Translations under genes and position numbers: made by a program
Notes under the pieces: generated by a model
The model's database searches: none
Told to the model about the DNA's origin: nothing
What the model saw: the letters and a program-made list of their open reading frames with translations, nothing else
Origin: Felis catus
Lineage: Eukaryota
Length of the DNA: 64,000 bases
Assembly: GCF_018350175.1 (NCBI RefSeq)
Contig: NC_058383.1
Span: 5,954,001 to 6,018,000 of the forward strand
Direction: 5' to 3'
Shown: piece after piece, positions 1 through 9,254 of the stretch
Position numbering within the stretch: the stretch's first letter is position 1
How the letters are laid out: the number at the start of each line of letters is the position of its first letter

Positions 1-57
1 AGAAGACTGAGAGCGCGCTGAACGCTCTGCTGCTAAGGGTGACCGAGCTGGAGCGAG
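1..57 (+). CDS. NPTX2: Neuronal pentraxin 2, 3' end of an internal coding exon (exon 2 by human numbering; truncated by window edge)
   Basis: Frame from nt 3 reads KTESALNALLLRVTELER-G, ending at the donor G|GTGAGT (57|58). Phase 1 joins in frame to the exon at 4010 (G-NSAFKSPDAF). Confidence 0.93.
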
Positions 58-1464
58 GTGAGTTCTTGGCCGGCTCCTCTGTCGCCCTCTGGCTGACGTC
101 CCTCCCAGCCCTCCACCCCACTGCCTTGGTGTTTGGCTGCAGGGTAAGGGCGGCTGGGCTCCAAGCGGGGCCGAGAGGCTGGCCCCGCAGCGGTCTTCCC
201 CATTTACACATCAGGCCACTAGGGCCCTTGAGGGAGTGGTGGCTTCCAGACCCCTCCGCCTGCTGACTCTTTTTGCGCTTGGTTCTGCGGCTGCTCCTCC
301 CACATCGTCCCCGAACCTGCCCGTCCTACGTGCGGAAAACCACGGGATTCTTTACCATTCCAGCAGCGCTCCACTTTGCCTTCTCCGTTTGTCAAATGAG
401 ACGGGGTCTCTTTCAACTTGAGGCGTCTCTCCTGGTGCACAGGGGTTTAGGGTTTCTGCCTGAAGGTTGCCCGGCTTCACAGCCTCGTTGACACGTCTTC
501 CGACTCGGTGGGGACTGAAGGTGCCGATGGCTCCTGGGAGGGGCCTGGTTTCCATCCCTTGCAGTTGGACCCGGAGGGTCTGCCGTGATGGGGCACTGCG
601 TGGGGATGGCCTGTGGCTGGCTGAGCAAATAATAAGTGTGATTGAGGATGGTCCTGCCAGGAATCAGCCCCAACCCTGGCCCACTGGCGTTATGCACGGA
701 TACGCTGTGTAGCTTGCCAGGCACGGTGGCCAAGTTGCTACAAGGATGTAGGTCGATAGAAGGCTGCCGAGTTAGTGTGGAGTAGTGCCAGGCAGTGTGC
801 TGGACACGTCACACCGGTGAGACGGGACTTCTCTTACACCCGTGACACCAGTGAGAAAAATGTTCCAAAGCTTTCAGCCAGAAGTGTGTTGTGGAGGGGG
901 GGCGGAGGGGGCCGAGGTGGGGCCTGGGCCTTGGCCACACGGGAGCTGCCATTTTGTCACCGTCCCTCCCATCCCCAGCCTCGTTCCAGCACCCACACTC
1001 TCGGTACGTAAGTTCTGCAGAAGCCCTCGGAGCTCTTCTGGCACAGAAAGGAGGGCCATGTCCTAGCTGGAGCCCAGTTCTGCAGGCCAGGGCCCCTGAC
1101 TGGCCTTCCTGTAGGGCCCCCAGGACCTTGACTCTAGAATTCTTCTGTGTGCTCCACCCCGTTCGGGGATGAGTCTTTCGAGGAAAGTGGTCATTTGCTA
1201 ACCAGTTTGTCTCCTGGGTAACTTTGAGTTTGTATCTGTCCTGTTTGTGGTCAGTCTAAAGGGGTAGATAAACTCCCAGTCCCCAGATAGACCGCGAGTG
1301 GAAAATATAACGTGTTCTTCAGAGCATCCTGCTGAGCCCCAAGGAAATGGACCTCAAGCATGTGCAAAGTAGGGAGCTTAGGGGGTCTCTGGCCCTCGGT
1401 CCATCATCTCCTGCCCATTAAGTGCCTGTTCTGGGCCAGACACTAGGCTGTGACTTCCACATTC

Positions 1465-1600
1465 TGTGACCCTTGCAACAACCCTATGAGGTAGGTATTA
1501 GTGATGGATGAGGGACCGAATCAGATGCCTGCATCCACATGTCCAGCAGATTGCAGAGCTGGGGTTGAACTTGGTGGTGACCCCCGCAGATGAGAGGCTT
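1465..1600 (-). mobile_element. MIR SINE remnant
   Basis: caacaaccctatgaggtaggtatta...gagctggggttgaac resembles the MIR core; degenerate. Confidence 0.6.
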
Positions 1601-2209
1601 GGAGGCTGTAGCCTAGAGTAGTGTGTGGGCTCTAGCCCTGTTGAGCAGCAGGCTCCCCAGAGCCCAGTGGTGAGCGTCCAACCCTGAGTGCCCCCTGGAC
1701 CCATGGATGCTCATTTTCTTTGTTGTGGGACCTGCTCGTCTGCAGGGGCCTCCAGAGTGGGGGCCAGCCAGCCAGGCACAGCCCGCCTCAGAGTCTGAGT
1801 AAACCTTGCCACTGGGAAGAACACTTCTCTCTTTGGCCCCCCACTGCCCCCACCCGTTTTCACTTGTCTGCCACCTGCAGCCTCTGATTTATTGGTCAGG
1901 CCTTTTAATGCCTTAATTGGTTTTAACTAAGTTTCCTCTGAACCTCCAAGCTGTTTGATATAAATAGAGGGCTCCAGCTTTCAGGGTGTGGGCCCCCTCC
2001 TCTGCCCCTCGGCTCTCCCAGGTCTAATTAAACCTATCTGTTGTCACCTAGCTAACGATATTACCGACACTGAGCCTTATTAAATCAGCAAGCCTGCCCA
2101 CCTGCCGGGATAGAAGCCATTTCTCTTTATTAGATAACCATGCCTTCGTGAAGAACACGGCCGTTTGCAGACTAAATACTAGGGGCTGCACGTAGTTGAG
2201 GGAGGACTG

Positions 2210-2310
2210 CCACTCCCTGCTCTGTCATTCATTAGCTGTGTGACTGAGGGGTAAGTCACCTCACTCCTCTGAGCCTCGGTGTCTCGGCTGCACAACCTGC
2301 AAAATCAGGA
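2210..2310 (+). mobile_element. MIR SINE remnant
   Basis: tagctgtgtgact...aagtcacctcactcctctgagcctcggt resembles the MIR core. Confidence 0.6.
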
Positions 2311-3572
2311 GTTGGGGCTTTGTAGTCTCTTGATTTTGCTTCAGCCTAACACGGGGCTCACCCCGGCCTATGCCCTGCCGGGGGCCCCCTCGCCTTCCCC
2401 AGGTGACCAGGTCTTGCCAGCCCTCACCAGGTGCTTAGCAGCCCCGAGGCCTGGGAGGTCAGGACGGATGAGGCAAGACTACACAATCAGCCGATCCGAG
2501 TAAATAGTACCCATGAGACCCAGAGTCTAGTGTTTCTCTGCCGCCTGTTCCAGAGAGGTTGAAAGGGCGATGCTGAGCCCTGTTGCCTTTCTGTTCAGGT
2601 CTTCCTTGGTTCTATGGTTCACACCACGGCACCAAAGAGCTTCTTATGCATTATATACTATGAACACAAATGAATTGGGGGCATTGTAGTGGAGAAGGGC
2701 TCATCCATTCTGGCTTGCGTTCTACAGAAGGGGCTGATTCATCCACCAGAGACACAGGCAGTTTGGCTCCGTCGGTTTTGGGTCCAGAGAGCCTGGCTGT
2801 TTCTCATGGTGACGGAGTCCTTCTGGCCCCTCGCGGATATCTAATAAATACTTGTCAAATGAGCGAAGGGTGTTCAGGCTCCTTCCCTGGCAGCATCTAG
2901 TGCCCAAATAAGAGGGAAGCTTTTGCCCTGACAACTCACAGGGTTGGGTGGTACCCCGCAAACTTCAGAATCTGTGATAACCAGAGACCGGGTCTTGCCT
3001 TCCATGTATTTATTTTTGTTGTTAATTTTGGGATTAAATCAAAACTCTTGGAAATTACTTAGACCCCGTGAAGAGTACCAGTTGCTTTCAAAGATTTTGG
3101 AAACCCCATTTACGTGGGGACAGTCAGGGGGTGCTCATCAGTCCCAGGTGGGCCCCAAAGGCTCCAGGCTCTGGTGAGGTGTGCTAACCTCAGCGGGGAG
3201 GTAAACCTCCGTATTTCTCTGCCTCCCGCTGGTTCCAAACCGCAGGAAATGGTCAACAGATGCAGTCTTCTCTTGAGGAAAGGGCGAATCATGAGCAAGG
3301 TGGTCCGTGTCAGGGATTTAGTCCAAAAAGCCACTTCTCAATTAAGTTGTAGTGTCCAAACATGGCCGTGGACTCCTTTGCCTGGGTGGCAGTGATTCTT
3401 TAGGGTGAGAAGTGACAGGGACTTGACAAGTGTCTACTGAATGCCCAGGTCCCTGTTAAGACTTCCTGCCTCCAAGTCCATCAGGGTTCCAACCCTGCCC
3501 TTGCTGAAGGAGCCAGGATTTCAAGAAAATAGCTGAGGAAGGGTTTTCTGGCTTAATTTAACCAGAAAATTA

Positions 3573-3779
3573 TTTTTGTTAAATGTTTGTTTTTGCGAGA
3601 GAGACAGGGATAGAGCATGAGCGGAGAGGGGCAGAGAGAGTGGGAGACAGAATCTGAAGGAGGCTCCAGGCTCCGAGCTCTCAGCACAGAGCCCGATGTG
3701 GGGTTTGAACCCATGAACTGTGAGATCATGACCTGGGCCAAAGTCGGACGCTCAACCAACTGAGCCACCCAGGCGCCTG
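3573..3779 (-). mobile_element. Can-SINE (felid SINEC) in NPTX2 intron
   Basis: Full tRNA-derived head, (CT)n region and A-tail on the minus strand. Perfect 14-bp TSD TAACCAGAAAATTA at 3559-3572 and 3780-3793. Confidence 0.95.
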
Positions 3780-4009
3780 TAACCAGAAAATTAAATCCAA
3801 CTTTCCTCCTTCCTCCAGCTTTTAGGAGCAGGGAGGTTCTTGTTTACTCCTGGGTTGTAGAACTTTGAACAGCGGCTTCCCAGTAGCAGGTGCTCTGGGG
3901 CTCAAGGGACCAGTCTGGGGGAAGTGGGGGTCCAGGAGAGCAGTCGCTCTGGGCTACACCAGCGGGGAGCAGGCTAACGCCCCGCGGCCTCTCTTCTCCA
4001 CCCCCCTAG

Positions 4010-4254
4010 GCAACAGTGCGTTCAAGTCTCCTGATGCGTTCAAAGTGTCCCTCCCCCTCCGCACAAACTACCTGTACGGCAAGATCAAGAAGACGCTGCC
4101 TGAACTGTATGCCTTCACCATCTGCCTGTGGCTGCGATCTAGCGCCTTGCCGGGCATCGGCACCCCGTTTTCTTACGCGGTGCCTGGGCAGGCCAATGAG
4201 ATTGTGCTGATTGAGTGGGGTAACAACCCCATCGAGCTGCTCATCAACGACAAG
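4010..4254 (+). CDS. NPTX2: Neuronal pentraxin 2 coding exon (start of pentraxin domain)
   Basis: Branch-like GCTAAC at 3973-3978, pyrimidine tract and CTAG acceptor. Encodes NSAFKSPDAFKVSLPLRTNYLYGKIKKTLPELYAFTICLWLRSS...EWGNNPIELLINDK. Donor AAG|GTGAGG. 245 bp. Confidence 0.97.
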
Positions 4255-4624
4255 GTGAGGCCTGCTTAGACTGCCACCTTCCCCCATCACGGCAACGGTC
4301 AGGGTGCTGCAGAGTCTGACAGCCAGCTGCTGTAGGGCTGTCCTCCTTGGAATGGTGACAGACTCAGCCCGGCCTAGGGCAGCAGGGGTGGGCGGCTATG
4401 GCTGGTGGAGATCCAAGGTGGGAGTCTGGCCTAGAAGCATCTCAGGGTCCAGGCCAGAGGTCATCGAAGGAACAGAGCTGAGGTCTCTGTGGGCCAGCCT
4501 GAATCGTCACTGGCCCTTGGGCCAGTCAGTGAGGGCTGTTCTCCAGGGCCGTGCTGATTAAGGGAGGGGGAGTGTGTGTGTGTCTTTCTCTGTGGAGGAT
4601 ACTTCTCAGCATATCTTTTGGGGG

Positions 4625-4870
4625 TGGTTTATTGAGATATAATTTACATACAGTAAGGCCGAGAGTTTTTAGCATACAGTTTGACCACTTTCGACAAATG
4701 CATGCAGTTGTGTGACTGCAAGTAAAATATGAAAGCGTTCCATCAGTCCCCCCTCTCCACACACAATTTCCTCATTCCCCTGCGTAGTTAGCTTCTGCCT
4801 CTACCCCAGCCCATGGCAACCACTGATCTGTTCTCTGCCCCTATAGTATTGGCCTTTTGTAGAGTAAATA
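4625..4870 (-). mobile_element. Old L1 (L1M-type) 3' end fragment
   Basis: tttattgagatataatttacatacagtaa...ggcaaccactgatctgttctctg is typical of antisense L1M 3' UTRs. Confidence 0.8.
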
Positions 4871-5925
4871 TCCTTTTTTAATAGATGGGCTGGTTTCATC
4901 GTTCAAGAGCATGATCTCCTCGAGAACTTGGCTCTGGGCATCTGTGAGACCTCTAGGAGCCCCACTTAAACTTCCATTCTGAAGGCAGACTCAACATAGC
5001 CAAAAATGTGTCCTCACATCCTTGCTGGAGCTGAGCACTTGAATGGCCTCTCCGGCTCCCTGCTGCCTCTACCCTGGCCCCTTACCCTGCTTTTATTACT
5101 GAACTGCCCTGGGTGGGGTTTGTGTAAGTGGGAAATGGCGTGGAATCTCCCTGCCAGGCTCCGTCTCACGGTGACCATGTTCCTGAGTCAGGGATTAATT
5201 GTTCTAAATAACGCTCTTGAACACAGGAGGGCCCAGAACCTTGTTTTCCTTTTGGGTTCGGTGGCATGTAAACAGCCAATTCCCAGGAGGAAGCGCCAGG
5301 TTGCTAGGATACCAGCAGTAACAACAGGACAGTTCCTGGTTGGGCTGGTCTGTGGTGCTCACAGGATGCTTGCAGGCGACCACGTGGGTCAGAAATGCCC
5401 TTCCCCTGGTTCTGTATGGGGGTCTGAATGTGCAAACTCCTCCCCCCCCCCCAGCACACTCTCCCACGTAATTGTAGGCCTTTGGTTTTCTGCACAGGAG
5501 GACACACACAGTCCCCAAGTGCCGTGATAGAATTTGAGACCCTGCCTCGAGTGTAGATGTCTAGTCTGATTGTTTTCCAAAGATTCCTTCAGGTTCTTCA
5601 GCACGAGGCATTCGGGCCGAGTGTGGCCAGGCGGGGGCTCATTCTTCACATCTGCTTGGTCTGCACAGTGTCCCAGATTCTCAGCCAAGCCATGGACTGA
5701 GGGTGTCCAGTTGCAAGCCGGGCCACCGTGGGGTTAGGGGCATGTCCCCAGGCTGTCTCTTTCCTCTTGAGTGTCTGTGTTTCGCACACACACAGACCGA
5801 GGCCCTGTTTCCCACATAGCAGAGAAGGGGTAACCAGCTGGGAGCAGCACGATCTGTGGTCCCTGTGCGCATCAGACTCCTGGGAGCCCCATGGGGGGCC
5901 CTCACCTGCATGTTGCTGCCTACAG

Positions 5926-6105
5926 GTTGCACAGCTGCCCCTGTTCGTCAGTGACGGCAAGTGGCACCACATCTGTATCACTTGGACAACACGGGATGGC
6001 ATGTGGGAAGCTTTCCAGGATGGAGAGAAACTCGGCACGGGGGAGAACCTGGCCCCCTGGCACCCTATCAAGCCAGGGGGGGTGCTGATCCTTGGGCAAG
6101 AACAG
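5926..6105 (+). CDS. NPTX2: Neuronal pentraxin 2 coding exon
   Basis: Acceptor TACAG|. Encodes VAQLPLFVSDGKWHHICITWTTRDGMWEAFQDG...GGVLILGQEQ, including the pentraxin H-x-C-x-T-W signature. Donor CAG|GTAGGT. 180 bp, phase 0/0. Confidence 0.97.
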
Positions 6106-7014
6106 GTAGGTGCAGGGGATGCAGGATGGGGTGTGCTGGCCAGCCACGCGTCACGAGGCCACGCCTGTAGGCTGCCTCCTACGCCCACAGCCCGCCCAGC
6201 TGTCAGCCTGCCACACCTGGCCACTGTGGTGTGATGGCCACCTGGGTCCATTCTGTCTTGTGGCCTGAGGGGCCGGGGGCGGGGGGACCCGTTTGTGGTA
6301 TGATGGGTCCAGATAGATTCCAGAATGGAGTGTCCCTGAGCTCATGCTGCCATGGAGTGACCGTGGGTTCTCTCTCTAGGCGTTTGACCTCTGCCGGGCA
6401 CAGCACTGATTCAGGGTGCCCGGGGCTGATATGACATCTTCCGGGAGCTGCTGGCTCAATGTCGTGGGGCATGCCTGTGTGATGTTCAGACCCTCGGGGG
6501 AGCTAGGGGTGGGAACGTGACCGCAGAGGCTGTCCTCACTCCCTGAGACAGAGGAAATCTAAGTTGCTTGTCTGCTCTTGGGCAGATAAGAGTTGACGTT
6601 TGGGTCTGTGTTTGAGGTTTGCTGAAAGCCAGGGAGTAGAGACCAGTTCCTTTGAGAGCTTTGAGTCTGGGCCCATCCTTGGCCCACTCCCTGCCTCACT
6701 ACCCTGTGACTTCCCCTCTGGGAAGGGCTGGGAGTCTGGAGACCCGGGTCTAGTGTTAGCTTTGGGACTTTGGGCCAGTGTCTTTCCACTGTAGCCTCAG
6801 GGTAGTTTGGCATGTCCTAGAGGCCTGGAACGTGCAGGAATCGGGTCAGGGAAGGAGTGAGGTCAGAGTTGGGGGAATCAGGAAAATGCTTCAGTCTCCC
6901 CCTCTCCCTCCTCACTGTGCACCCCTTCCCAAGGCCATTACATCCCTGGAGATTTAGTGGGCACGTTTGCTTTCTGAACCTGTGCCGATGTGGTTCTGTT
7001 CCCCCCCTTCCCAG

Positions 7015-7242
7015 GACACTGTTGGGGGCAGGTTCGACGCCACACAGGCATTTGTGGGGGAGCTCAGCCAGTTCAACATATGGGACCGCGTCCTTCGCGC
7101 ACAAGAAATTGTCAACATCGCCAACTGCTCCACAAACATGCCAGGCAACATCATACCCTGGGTGGACAACAACGTTGATGTGTTTGGAGGGGCTTCAAAG
7201 TGGCCCGTGGAGACCTGTGAGGAGCGTCTCCTTGACTTGTAG
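7015..7242 (+). CDS. NPTX2: Neuronal pentraxin 2 terminal coding exon
   Basis: Acceptor ...cccttcccag|. Encodes DTVGGRFDATQAFVGELSQFNIWDRVLRAQEIVNIANCSTNMPGNIIPWVDNNVDVFGGASKWPVETCEERLLDL-stop (TAG 7240-7242). The C-terminus matches NPTX2 rather than NPTX1 or NPTXR. Confidence 0.97.
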   Translation, partial: DTVGGRFDATQAFVGELSQFNIWDRVLRAQEIVNIANCSTNMPGNIIPWVDNNVDVFGGASKWPVETCEERLLDL

Positions 7243-8470
7243 CTACCTTCTCCTCTGTCTGGGGGCCTGGGGCTGGTGTCTCCTGTCGGAAGTGCAAGGC
7301 CACCTGCTCCCCCAATTAAACTGTGTATAGAGCCCCTGCCACAGTGGCCTGGGGCCCCCAAAGCTTGTTCCCAGGGAATCTCTAAGACTGAGGCTCTGTG
7401 GCAGCACCTGTCACTGGATTCTTTGTTCCTTCCCAAGATTTTGTTGTGTCGAGTAGGGAAGAGGCCCTGAGTTGCAGGTGGGAAGATACCTGACTTCCTG
7501 CTGGGGGTGGGGGGATCAAGGTCTTCGGGGCCCTGTTCAGAGCCCCTACAGTTGCTAGTGAATCACAGCCTTGCCCACCCTCCCGGATCCTTGGTGTCTC
7601 ACGTGCGCCTTCTGTCTGTCCCCTTTCGAGGCCGTGTGGCCATCCCACCCGAGTATCTGTGTCTCTTATGTATCGAGTGTATCCTGCTGTCCGCTGAGCA
7701 CGCAGCAAAGCAGCCCCCACCACCCGCGGAAGGGCTTTCTCTTGGTGTTCTTTCCGCTGTAAGGAACCCTTGAGCTTGAGGAAGGCAGGCTGCCCAGACA
7801 ATGCCCTGCCTTCTCCAAGGTGGAGGGGGCATCACTGCCTCTAGAGGGGGCTGGGAGCTGGAACTCAGAAGGGCCTTCTGGAGAAGGGCCGCGGCAGCCT
7901 TCCATCCCCCTCTGTCACCTCTCCCTCTGACCGATGCTTTGATGGGATCATCGCTGGGAATGGCTTCTCTGAAAAGCCTCTTCACTCCTCTGGTGCCAAA
8001 CGTTCAGTTGCAGCTTCTACAACCATCCGGTGTGGTCAGGGGGATTTCATTTTTTTTCCTAACAGAAAAGAACAGCCATTATTAGCAGGCTCCCATTTTT
8101 GATGTTTCGCCCCACTGTGAGGAATGTGCTAGTTTTCATTCACGTTGATTGCTATAAGCTGTGGACTGTCTCAAGGATTTCCCCCAGAACTTCTTCAGGA
8201 AAAGGAAGTCATTCGGCCGCTAGTTGCTTAGTGACTCCAGGCTGCTTAATTTATTGGACAGAGGATAGTAATTTATTTTAAGGACAAAGTGGTAAAGTGG
8301 GGGAAATTTATAAAGTTAAATATTATATATTTTATTTTTCATACATGTTTCAAGTGCGAATTGTGGAAATTCCATTTGTAGGACCAAGCTGACATGCCCA
8401 TCCCAACATTGTATGCTATGAGAACTCTTCGGATGATGGAATTCTGATTAAAGTGCACTGGAAGATGCCT
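7243..8470 (+). other. NPTX2: NPTX2 3' UTR (end approximate)
   Basis: Repeat-free sequence from the stop codon to the ATTAAA signal, with an AU-rich block at ~8245-8345 and several miRNA seed matches. Confidence 0.75.
8447..8452 (+). terminator. Polyadenylation signal ATTAAA for NPTX2
   Basis: Variant hexamer with upstream TGTA elements (~8377, ~8410) and a downstream GT-rich tract GTGTCTGTTTG (~8473-8483). Confidence 0.7.
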
Positions 8471-9254
8471 CCGTGTCTGTTTGCTCCAGGTCTGGGGCTG
8501 AGGGTGGGGGTGGGGCTTTGCCACAGTCGGCACGTCCGGGGCCTGTGTGTCTGTCGGACCTGGGGGCGCCGAGGTGCAGCACTGACCCCTCCCCTCCTCG
8601 GTGCCAGGCGCGGACTGCGGATGCCCCACGGGCTCTGCCCTGCCTCCCCGCCTCCAGCCAGCCCCCGTTCTCTCAACCAGGAATCGAGCTTACCTAGAGG
8701 TCACTGAGCAGCCCGTCCCAGGCGTGACCCCTGCTCACCACCCACTCTGTGTGTGTTCACCAGATGTCTCGCTTACCCCTCCTAACAACCCCCTGAAAGT
8801 GAATCCCGATCGTAGGTGACTACGTGGAACGGTTGAACGGTGACTTGGGTCACACGGCTGGTTAAGGGCAGAACTGGGGGTCAAGCAGTCCTGAGACCCT
8901 GGAGGCCCTGCCCCTGCCGTGATTACCCTCGCGATGGCGTGGTTGACCGGGAGCCGTGGCTCGCTCAGCCACCCAGCATCACGAGTATTGTGTACTGCTT
9001 ATCGCTCGCCCAGGAAGAATCAAATATCAAAACCCGAAACCGTTTCTACTGAACGTGTGTTTCTTTCATGCCATTGTGAAGCCAAAAACTTGTGAGTCAG
9101 GGACCATCTGTACACTGAAAAACTACAGAACACGATTATTTTTTTTTCTTTTTTTTTGATAGAAAATTATAGAGGGAAATCAAAGAGAATCTAAATACAT
9201 GAAAACGTATCTGTGTTTATAGATCAGAAGAACTAATATTGTCAAGATTGCCAT

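Noticed and set aside
5926..6112. Alternative acceptor (CAG ending at 5934) and tandem donor GTAGGT
   Set aside because: The canonical sites give the conserved protein; there is no evidence of alternative use from sequence alone.
3865..7242. ORFs 3865-4269, 5728-6234 and 6967-7242 as stand-alone genes
   Set aside because: Each is an NPTX2 exon plus in-frame intron read-through; the splice sites define the real boundaries.
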